A stretch of DNA of 64,000 nt from contig OZ176052.1 in NCBI GenBank assembly GCA_964247055.1, forward strand, positions 11,036,001-11,100,000. The letters run 5' to 3'. Positions within the stretch are counted from its first letter, which is position 1. Every line of letters starts with the position of its first letter. Below the pieces are notes generated by a model. That model was not told the origin of the DNA. It ran no database searches and saw only the letters and a list, made by a program, of their open reading frames with translations. Shown here in pieces: positions 12,922 to 24,800 of this stretch. Both the position numbers and the translations under genes were made by a program. Origin of the DNA: Paragordius varius. Its lineage: Eukaryota; Animalia; Nematomorpha.

Positions 12922-14005
12922 ATCTAAACCTTCAGACTTATCCATATTATAAATTATTATTATTATACCTGATTTTCATAATATTATCATTATTATACTG
13001 ATCTGGATAATTTTATGTTTTTACAATATATAGCAGTGGTATTTACCTAAAAAAGGGCCACATATATTATTTTTACTATTTCAAAGGTCAGTATAAAATA
13101 ACGACAAATAATGCATAGCTATTTTATTTGTGTGCAGAAATTTATGCTTTATATAAGTACATGAAAAAAATGAATAATTTAGGGCTATAAGCATTTTAGG
13201 GCCGCAGTCTGATTACTACTGTTATATAAACTAGGTGTCTGTGGAACGAATTTATAAAATTTAATTACTTTTATAAGTGACATAACTTTACATTGGCAAA
13301 AATATAGTAAGTCTTTATTCATAAACAAAATATGATATAAACAAATTTGGATCAAGAACAAAGTTAGAATCCAGTTATTCCAATTACCGCACTGGGTTTC
13401 CAAAATTTAAAAAACCACCTTGGTTTTATTCTTAAAAGTTTAGAAAAAACCTTTTTCACATTTTGGGGTCCGGTTAGAAACCGTGGTTTTAGAGCAAAAA
13501 AAATATATTTGGAAAATTATTGCATCTGCATAAGAAATTTCTAAAGGAAAACATCCTTTTCGCATTATAAATTTTAAAAACTAATCAATAATTTTTACTA
13601 TAGTAATGGTAATGAACGGATTGGTTATGTTTTTTACCTTGCTATAAATTTATACCGATCAAATTTATTATAAATATTAGTTATATATTCTAATTAAAAA
13701 TCACAAAATTGATTTGTGCATCTTCTAGTTCTAGTAAATTGGCTAATATTTAAAAAGTATGATGGATCATATAAGAAATATAATACTAATTAATTATTTG
13801 ATTAATTGAATAGCAGTAAACTACAATAAATTGAAAACAATTAACCAATTTTGTGATTAATTGACCCGAGCTGAGTTTAAATAAAATTAGAACCATTTGT
13901 TGTTTTATGCAGCAAAATGAAAGTTATCAAATAAAAACCTATTTTGTGGAAATGAAATGATTAAAATTGGTAGCGAAAAATATGGTAACAAATGATAGTA
14001 AATGA

Positions 14006-17000
14006 TTAAATCCAATAAGCCTCTAAACTTGCTACAGAATAAACTTTATCCATTGGAATAAGGCCGGTGCCCCAACGATTAATACGATCCTCAACAGCTA
14101 CATAACTCTCATCATCCATATAGGCGTTTGATTGCGTATTTTCCCATTCCGTAAAAGTTTCAAAACTATGAGGGAAAGTTGATAAATTATTGGATTCTGA
14201 GGCATCAGCCATAAACATTTCATTCACTTCATTATTTTGTGGAGGCGTATTGGCATTCTTTAAAGCACCAGGCATGGTAGGAACGGTGGTGGTGTTTGGA
14301 AATCTGATTTTATCATTAGGGTTCATGTCTGATTTATACATTCGATAGAGTGTATCATAAATACGAGCATCTTTAAGGAGATTATTGTTCCAAATGTTTC
14401 GATCGGCCCACAATTTGTATCTTTTGTTGTAGAAATCCATGATGAGTTGTGTTTTACTCTCATCAACATTCAAAGCGCCATCAGTAACAATCGTTTTAAA
14501 CTCAAAAGGTGAAAATATTTCTATTGCCGTAGAAACTGGGACGAAATCTAACATTTTATCAAACAAAAGTTCAGCAATAAATGGAGTATCGGCATAAAGG
14601 GGAGAAATGGCATAACCTTCGTATTTTTTAACCAGACAGGAAAAACCTTTTACAGGTAGGCTTTTGGAACTTTTAATACGATTACTATTGGTGGTGTGAT
14701 CAACTGCCAAGTTACTAGAACGCTTTCTTTGCTCTTTAATTCCATTTTCCTCGGTATTCATTACGTGTTCATTTATGAGATGTCGAGCTTGTTGTGATGA
14801 TTTACGCCTGCGGCCATCATCGCCGTGTCCATTGCTAATACTCCCATTCTTGGATTTAGCGTTGACGCCATTCAGGATAACACACTCAGTTGTACCTAAA
14901 TTTTTAAATATATCAGTATTAATTAGTGTTAAAATTGGTAAAATATTAACTGATCTGACCACAAATGCCATGTTTATTCATGGTTAATTTGACTGCAAAC
15001 ATATGTTGCATAACAAAATAAATGTTTGATATTGCCTTATAGATTCTTAAGATCTAGCTAAAACATATTAAATTTATCTAGAGAAAACTGATAAAGCAGT
15101 GAAGTTAATATGCAGTATCTCTTTTTTTCTTATTTAAATACAGATGAAAGCGACAATTTTTTTCATGCCCAAGGCTGACATTTAACGTTTGACTACTAAC
15201 ATTAACCCCTCTTAATACAAATTAACATGATGAATTATTACTTACGCCATGGGTGCTTATGCATGAAGGGAGTTCCTAGATTTTATCTTAATTAAGAACG
15301 AAAATTGGATATGTATTGATGACAGTATAATATAATATTAATTTTGGATAATCTGCGATTAAAAATACCTTTGATAAAATTTTATATCATTTTAAACATG
15401 ATTTGGTTTCTTATTTAGAAAGTTTTAAAATTCCTTGGATTTTTAAAATTTAAAAAATGCTTCAATCGAGACACTTTTTGATCAAACGTAACTTGGAATG
15501 ACTGCATTTGTGGATTTGACGTTTTTTATGGGTTAAAACCAAAACCAGAATCAATAATCAATGCATATGTATACAATATAATATCACACATTATAAGAGA
15601 CGGTGTTAAATTTATTTGTACATAAGACTTTAAAATAAATACCATACCATATTCCTCGAGTAGCCATGCTTTATCTACAGCAGCAATAATAGCAATGTTT
15701 TTTGTGTCCCGAAAAATTTCTTTGATAAACTGAATTCTTGGCGTAGTATGTACCATTGTATCATACTCAATTACATATTCCAATAAGGTAGGATTTTTTC
15801 GTACATCCACAAGCTCAATCGCTTTTTGCTTAACAAGTGTGGTGTAAGGGTCTTGAAAAAATTTGCGCTGATACTCCGGATCTTGTTTCAAGTGGTCCCG
15901 ATCTTTTTTGACTTGAGCCGAATACATGTTTACTAAATAGATATATAGTTGAATAATTTGCTAAACAAAGGTTTATTTGGAAACTTTAGAAATTAATAAA
16001 TGCCTTTCTTAAAAAATGACCCTTTGAACAATATAAATATAATCTACATGTGAACGTAGGATCCTTAAACCCCAATTTTTTGTATCTCTCCACAGCGCTA
16101 CCAACTGAATATAATGATAGAATTCGGGTCCCTGTATGCTCTAACATAGCGTTCCATAGTTTTACACCGAAACCCTTGTAACGATATTCCTTGTTAATGA
16201 CATAAACACCTATCAAGGCTAAATGACCATCGATTCGCATACATATAATGTTACCTAAAGATATATTTGGAGAGGGATAAATATTTAATTAAAATATGTT
16301 TTTTAAGAAAAAAATTTAAAACTTCAATAGCTAAATTAATGATTTTTGAACAATATCTATTTAATATTGTCAAACAAAATATTTGCAATTGAAAGCAAAT
16401 TGAAGGATTTTATTATGTTTAAATTATTGACAATATAATATTATGTTTTATAAAAAAATTTCAAGTACCACTTTAATTTATTTCAAAAATAATAAAAACT
16501 CCTTGGAGTTGCCATCAACGAAAATAAAGTGTACCCAAATTGTATGTGCTATACATTAACGTGACATAGATATTTCATTTTTTTTAAAAAAGTATTTTAT
16601 TTAATAAATGCCAAATTTTAATCATAAAACATGAAACAAAACCAAAAAAATAGTAAAGGGCTATTAATAAATTTTATACACTATGTCTGCGAAAAAATCA
16701 ATACTCCATATATGTGCTTATTTCTTAAAAAGTAATATATGCTCTACTTTGCAATCATGCCAATTATTAGATTGATATATCTAAAAACGAATAAAAATAA
16801 CTAATTTGGGCGTTATTAATAGTTAATTTTTAAATAATGATATATTTGGCTTTTTGCAACTTTTTCGTAAATCTTAGATAGTTTTAGCGATGGTAAAACG
16901 TTTCATCTCCCAAAACAAGGAAAATAAAATAATAAAATTTTAAAATTCTTTTTATAAAAATGATCATAATAATTTAATCAATAGTGACATTTTTAAACAC

Positions 17001-17547
17001 AAAACTGAGAAATATGAAAATGAAATATTCATTTAAGTTGCTACTGTTAAAAAAATAAAGATAAATTACGGGATACAGTAAGATCGCATTTGTGTTTCCT
17101 TAGTTTTCTGAAAATTACTTTTAGAGAGGTAAAAAAAATTTACATTTTTAATTGTTATTATGGATTGTAAAATTAAAATGGAATCGAAGTAAATCTTGAA
17201 TTTCAATTATATTAGAAAGTAAATGAAAATCAATATTAATTTACCGATTAAATATTTATTAATTTATGTATACCTATTATACCACGGGGTGGCAATTCGC
17301 CCACAAACCAACCTGTGGGATCATTTCGCAAAAAGAATTTCCAAAGGTCAACAGACCCCAAATTCCAACCCACATCAGAATGAATCCATTTTTGCAGGGC
17401 TGGCATTTCATTTTCTTCCAAATTGCGAATGATTAAATCTGAAACTGTTGACGATTTTATCGTATTTTCCAAATTATCATTTTTATTACTGCCTTTTCTG
17501 TCACCACCATTTGAAAGGGAACGATTTTCATTAGTAGTTTCAATCAT
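14006..17547 (-). CDS. Two-domain GNAT acetyltransferase (YitH-like family), paralog 2, 565 aa; exons 17274..17547, 16048..16254, 15648..15932, 14951..14992, 14006..14895
   Basis: DVGWNLG...DPTGWFVGE; IGVYVINKEYRYKGFGVKLW; AVERYKKLGF; KGFSCLVKKYEGYAISPLYADTPFIA; ends YSVASLEAYWI like paralog 1 (YCVSSIEAFWI). All junctions are GT-AG; total 1698 nt, in frame. Confidence 0.85.
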
Positions 17548-18566
17548 ATTACGATACTAATTGGGTTAAAGTATAATAATTTTTTTGGAATATGGTATTT
17601 TTTAATATGATTAAATATTTTAAAGTTATATGTAATAAGAGAATCTCATCGATCAATTAATTTGGTAAAATTATTTTTTAAAAAGAAAAAAAAACTTAAT
17701 TTTTGATATAAAGAAATAAGATTAATTACTTCATTTTGTAACTTTAATTAAATTAAAGAAGAGTGGTATGTAAAAAAATAAAATAGACAAAAAGGGAAAA
17801 TATGGAAAAAACTTTATCAATAAATTAGTTTATTTGATAAAGTATATGTTTTTATATATATCGTCGCAGTATAACTTACCACTTATTTCAACCAAAAGGA
17901 TAAAAAAGAAGATTTATATTATTGATATAATAAAACACGATTATGTATTAAAAAGTTAGTTAGTATTTCAGATGAGTATCATTAATCGATACGGCAAAAG
18001 AACAGTTACACAATTTAAGGTACAGAATGATACATTGTTCAATAAAATTTGATGAAAATTACAGACTTTAATTTATTGCATATAAATTAAAATATAAATC
18101 TTACGTGTCAAGCGATTTCAATGCGGAAACATAATAAACGGCCCAAGTTGGCCCTAAAGCATTATCACTTTAAAATGAAAAAAAAACGATAATTAAATGT
18201 ACGCACAATAAAACAGCAATAAATGACGAAGCATTATATAGCTAAACCAGCCAACTACATACGCTCTTTATAAAGGGGGGGATGTTGGTTATGTTTTGCT
18301 ATTGTTATTTTTCCAAACCAAAATAATATATTTTTTGTGTTTATTTACATTTACAGTATTGCATATGGGGTGGGGATTTTATGATACGGTAAAAACTATT
18401 TAAAACCTATTTAGGTTATTACATTCCAAATCTCGCCAAAATGACAATAAAAGTAACGTATCTTTGGTGAAACCGAAACGTTAGCCAATTTAAAAACATA
18501 TCAAATCGATTTGTTTATGATACATTAAATATATTACAATGATGTACAAAAAATGACATATTCATA

Positions 18567-18787
18567 CAGCCATGTATCCTTTACTTTATCAAAAAAAATT
18601 TTTTTTTTCCTTAAATGGGTATAAATATTTGGTAAAGGAAAAAGAACTCTAATAATTCTTATACATTTTTGATGAATATGATATTGTTAATACCACAAAG
18701 CTCTTGTTTTTTCCATTCTTTAACGAATATTTATACCCTTTTAACGAAAGAAAATAAATTTTTGATAAAATAAAGGATACATGACTG
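18567..18787. mobile_element. Foldback MITE with long (about 85 bp) imperfect TIRs and TA TSD (Tc1/mariner-like)
   Basis: Left cagccatgtatcctttactttatcaaaa...gggtataaatattt; right arm reverse complement cagtcatgtatcctttattttatcaaaa...gggtataaatattc; flanked by TA at 18565-66 and 18788-89. Confidence 0.8.
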
Positions 18788-20353
18788 TAATTTACAAACG
18801 CATATATCCTGCCACCGTCAAGAGATCCTTATAAATAGTGACTATGTTGGTAAGCCTCGTTTTATATGCAATATCATAAATTAGCTGACGACAGGTAAAT
18901 CGGCTATACATTGAGACATTAGCGTTAGATTACTTTTATAGTAATCGTAACATAATTATTTGTGATACAGATATATAATTCGTGAAATAATTATTAAATT
19001 TATATGTAAGTATTTTCGCGATTTCTCGCCTAAATTATACCAATTACAATTTGTTTAAAAAAAATAAAAATCTTGTATAATATATATTTATTCTATTACC
19101 ACAAAAGTTTAAAAACGAATAATATTTACAATTATTGTGTATTATAGGAGAACCGGTCTTATAAAGGGAAATTTAACATTATCCTTTTGCAAATGGTGAT
19201 AAGGTTGTAATATTATAAAAATAAAAAACATATTTTTAGAAAACATGCCCATTGCCTAAAAACGAACAATATTTATAGCTTAATTTTTCGTCTTCTTATG
19301 AGAGCAGTTTACGCAATATCTTAATGTGATGAATTCAAAATCTCACTAAAGATAAGTCCATATATTGATTCAACTCTTATCTATTACCTAATGAGTTATT
19401 CCGACTCACAAGTTTATAAAATAGATTGGTCTGATTACTATCTAGAAAATATTAAAATTTTATCTAATTATAGGATCGCTAATGCAATGATAATTTTTTT
19501 GTGAGATAGTATTTTTAACATTTTTAGAAAATAAGATATATAACAAGTATAAAGCTTTTTTTATATCACACTGTGTCCATAAAAAAATAACACGTTGAAA
19601 TAGATATGTTCTAATAAATATCAGGTTATCATGGTGCTTTTGGTTTTGGCCCTTACGAGTGTTATAAGAAAGTTGGTGAAAGGTAAGTGCTTCATTCCAA
19701 AAATATCACTATATATCATAAAATATCTATAAAGCAAATAAATATTTTTAAAATATTTATTTTTTATTATGGGATCGGAAAACCCCATTTCGGTCTTATA
19801 AATGGGCTAGTTCTTTTCCATTGTGCGATAAATTTTAAATATAATAATTTGACATCTAAAATTTTTTTTTAAAAAATGGATACTTTTTACTAAAATTCAA
19901 TTTTCAGCAATATTTTGTTGAAGCATACTTCACACTATGTTTAGGTATGAGGGAAACGGTATAAAAACGCTTTTAGATATTATATAAACAACTTTTCTAT
20001 ATAATTTGTTGATACTAAACATTTATATCACCTCAGTATTATGATGATTTAAATATTTGTTCGTCTTCAAACTTATGTGAAAATATAAATTGTTTTTTAA
20101 CAAAAATAAAAAATTGATAGCAAACGAACTCCTATATTTAAATTTTGAAGCGATTTAAATGTTGGTTATCGAAATTTATAAAAAAAATGTAAAGCGTTTT
20201 CATACAGTCCCCATCATGCCTCATAATATTATGAAGTAAGCTAAAATTAAATTTTTTAAAAAAAATTAACAATTATTTTTAGTTGATATTAAGATTTAGC
20301 TTATATATAAAAATTTGTTGGGTAATCTCATCATATTTGTGATTATTTTTAAG

Positions 20354-20705
20354 AACTAGCCAGAGGAGAGAAAAAATATGGGACTTTTGGAGCCCACTAA
20401 AAATTAAAATATTATAAAAATATTAGTTTGATTTTTATCGGTAGTTTATGATATATTTTAGTGATATTTAATGAATGAAGCATTTAGCTTTCATGAATAA
20501 TAATTACTATAAAAATGTGTTCAAATTTTGCCATATTCTGATATAGACCACTACCACAAAAATGTAAAACTTTATTATATCACTCGAAAGGGAGAAAACC
20601 AATAGAATCCAGAAAATCCTGATTTACTTTCCTATCAGAATATATATATATATATATATATATTTCATAAGGTTTTTTATACCCACGATTTCGGGCGTTG
20701 TAGCG
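20354..20705 (+). repeat. Dispersed repeat with internal (AT)n, copy 2 (copy 1 at 11330-11595)
   Basis: Collinear similarity to 11330-11595. Confidence 0.65.
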
Positions 20706-21884
20706 TTAGGAATCTTAATTAAATTGATTTTTGTTTTCGTAATACATATGAATTTGATAATTAACTACAACGAGAATCTTCTAATAATTTTTGAATTGAT
20801 ATTAACAAATTGTCATATAACAAACATTGTTAATGCATACTTATTCGGCTGAAGAATTTAAAATAAGCTTTAAGTTATATTTGAATTATTAAATTATTTA
20901 ATTATAACCTGTCATGTAAAATAATTTTTTTATGTGAATAAGTAAGCAAAACTACTTTAAAATAGCAAAGAAAAATAAAAAAGGGAACATTTTGATAAAA
21001 AAAATAAATGTTTTCAACCGTTTTTAATTTAATATAGTTCTGATTCTGTGCATTTTGACAATTACATAAATGAAACCAAATTAAGAAAACAAACATAGTT
21101 AAATTACCATGTCAGATAGTTCATACAACAAAGAGCATTATTAATAGCTAATAATAGTAGAAAGGAGAAAATAACTTTGAGCCAATAACAATTCTTTGCT
21201 GAATATAGTGTATTTCAAAATTTAATAAAAACTAGTAAAGTATACTTTCTCAAACTGTAATACATTATGGCTTTTAATATTATAAAATTTGATAATAGAA
21301 CTTTCAATATTAAATCACTGTTATTATAATAACTTTTGGCTTATATGATCGTTTAATAACTTATTTAGAAGTCAATGTTTAAAGCGTAAACTTCTAATTT
21401 AAATATATTTTATTAAATGTCGAATACATCAAAAACTCTTTTAACCCAAAATAACATTTGAAAACTTTCCAAATTGTTATTTTGATTTCAGATCGATTGC
21501 ATAGATTTAAAATTTTGCAAATTGTAATATCTTTGCAAGTGCCGGCGATCAGCCAGGATTTACCGTTCTAATGTTTTAACAAACCTCCATTTCTACGCCC
21601 AACAAATTAAAAAAAATATCCAAACGGTAATCTTTTAAGTTGGCCAGCTATTGTCAAAACATTTATTCCCAATTTATATTTTGCTCATTAATCGGGATTA
21701 ATTTAAATTATGTGTTTACTTACAAACATAGTAGGTCACCGTACCAATAAAATATTAATGAATTTTTAAGTAATTTTAAAAGCCATATAAATCTAAATAA
21801 AACGAAGATATAATGGAGTTTATATTTGTTAATAAAAGTTAAAAAACACGAACGTATGACATTTCACGCGCAAGTTAAAACAAC

Positions 21885-24800
21885 ATGTTATTTATAAACT
21901 CCACACCGATTCATTATAAATTATTGAATTCGCCTAGCTTCGTAATAATCGACGGAAAAAATAATTTTTTATGCTTGGTCTTTGATGCACAAATATCCAT
22001 ATATCATGCAAATGTTTTTTTTAATTTTTACAATTAGTTATTTGTTGAACTTGCAAATTATAACTTTGACATTGAATTTAGCGAGTTTTATGGTGCATTT
22101 ACTAGAGGTGTAATCAAAAACAATTTCTTGTATTTGCACGTATGTTTTGCTTATATATTAGACATCCAAAGGCTATATCCATACATTCTCAATTAAAACT
22201 AGTAACAACAAAACCCCCGTATTTATATCAAAAAGGTTAGAATAATATATAAACCTTATAGTCACCCAAATACTGAAACAATAATAAACTGTGAAATAGT
22301 ATATGAGATAACCATAGTGGTGGAGGAATCTGTTTGCTTTTCATATGCTGAATCATATTTTTTATCATGCAAATTCAACGGTTATGTTGATTTATACAGT
22401 TTGCATGACTTCAATTTGATATCGACCTTTGACCCAAATGCTCTGTTAAAAGATAGTTTTTTTGAATTATAATTTTTAGAGTCTGGTAGAACGCATGTCT
22501 TAAATATAAAATATTCTGAATATTTTGATGGGCATTTCTTTACTTTATCTGATGGACGGTGTGGGGTTTTTATGTTTTACGAACAGCCAAAAGTATGAAT
22601 TTGATTTTAACCGAATTTTATTTATACCTTTTAGTTATCATTAATATCGTATTTTTGTATTTTGAATTGATGCATATGTTTTAAAATACATATTTAATTA
22701 TTTTAGTTTGTTAACTGGTTGATTTGTATATTTCTTTATGCGTAAAATAATTGGTCAATTTTATATTTTAAGTAAAATATTTATTATTTGTGTGGCGATG
22801 ATAAAAATCTTTATTTACTCAAAGGTTACAGCTATTTTTTTTCAGAAAAATGAGATTGTTATATATTCATAATATATACTTGTTTATGTTTTAAAATATA
22901 ACAATTATGTTAAACGCAATATTATTTTTACATGTAAAAATTTTATAAACTATAAAACAGGATGCATATTTTCCGCAAATCTTTTTCGTTCCCAATATTA
23001 CCAAAGCATGTGGTATAGAAGCCAATGCCAAATACAAACTCGTTGCTGTATGTAGTCTCGAGTAAAATATTTTATATATATTAACTGTAAATTACGGTAA
23101 ATTTTATTATTTTTGATTTATTTAACAAATAATGATATTGTAAAGAAATTTTGTGAAATTTAGGGTAAATTTATAATGTGATCATATATTACAAAAGGGG
23201 TTTAATATCATTGTTTTCGATTGACACCTCAACTACTAATGTTGATGATATTGCTTCGACTGAAGAAAATAATGGACCAAGTTTCGGATTTGCATTTAAA
23301 CCATTGTTTGTTTTCCCAACGGAATTTTGTACGAGCTCTCATATATTTCCATCACCACAAATTAGAAATGGTATTGTTTTTTCTAATTACTTTTATTTTT
23401 TATGATGTATTCTGATAGAATCAAAGGGGGTGTCCTTTATTGATGTTGTGGTTTGTTCTCATCTCGAATATATTATATATGTTAGAGGTTAAATTTTAGA
23501 ATCTTAAACAATATGTTTCAATATAGTGTATATATGGAAATTAAACATAAGAAGCGATTTTTTTTATAAAAAAATATATCATTTTTGAGTATTTAATTTG
23601 TATTTTTAAAATTTGAATTTGTATAATATTTAACTATTTTATAGCATTTTTTACATTATATAGCATATACCATCCAATACAATAATGCCGAAAATGTGTT
23701 ATTTGTGTGGCACAATGAGAGTGGGCGTATTAAAGCATTTTCAATCTTTGGATTTTATTTATTTACGCTTCCGACTGTTAGGGAATTTGCAAATGATACC
23801 CCTATCCTATCTAGGTAATTTTAAATTTAAGATATAAACTTGAATAATATAATCATTTATGAATGGGAAGTTTTATGGGTTTGCTTTTTTATATGCTTTT
23901 TTATATTGTTATATATATATTATAAAAATCATGGTGTTAAAGGGTTTGAATACCAATGATGATATATACGAATACTAATTAAAGAAAAAATATTTAATTA
24001 TACTTGAATTTTAAAAATAATCTTTTTTATATATCTATATTTATAGTTAAACCTATATTGTGCAAACATTTTTTCCCTATAAATATATTTTATAATTTTT
24101 TGCCAATTATTCATGGCTGGAATTTAAATAAAGTATATATAACTTTTTTTGTGACTTTTTTGTTTGACTGTGTACATTAACCCTTTTATACATATCTATA
24201 TATTAGCCAAGATACTAATTTAACCGGCGGTTCGCACAACGATAATAACAGTTTAGTTGTCAAAGATTATTGTATTGATCGCAATGATTTTAATGTTTGG
24301 GTTATCCCAGCTCAGAAAGGGCCATATCAAAATTTGCCTTTAAACGATGAAAGTAGTATGAATTTTTGTCATTTGATGTAAAAAGTATTGGTACTGAAAT
24401 TTTATAAATGATTTTTTCGTTAGATACTACACAAATTTAATAAAAATAATATATTAAATATATAAATTATAAATAAATATAAAATAAAATACAGAGATAA
24501 AGTAAACAAATATATATTGAAAAGATGGCTACACTTTTTGAACTTTGATTTTTTATATAACCTATATGATCGAAATTAAATATAATTGAGTGTGTTACCA
24601 GTTTCATCTCTTTTCCCTTATTTTGCAATTAAAAAGCGATAGCCCTAAAAATAAAGGTTGGTATTATCCCTTTTAAAATTTTTATTTTTTTATGTTTTGT
24701 CTCTAAATTTTTCCTGTAAATTTAAATTATAAATATCAAACGCATTATATATCATTTACAATTCAAATTCACCCTTGAAGAATTCAACACCCTCGAATAA

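Noticed and set aside
19326-19434. Possible C/D box snoRNA (GTGATGA ... CTGA)
   Set aside because: Only a 3-bp terminal stem and no recognisable guide; such motifs are expected by chance in AT-rich DNA.
20900-21760. Possible minus-strand gene head-to-head with RIC1, needing a 17-nt intron near 21570
   Set aside because: No consistent multi-exon frame or recognisable product could be built.
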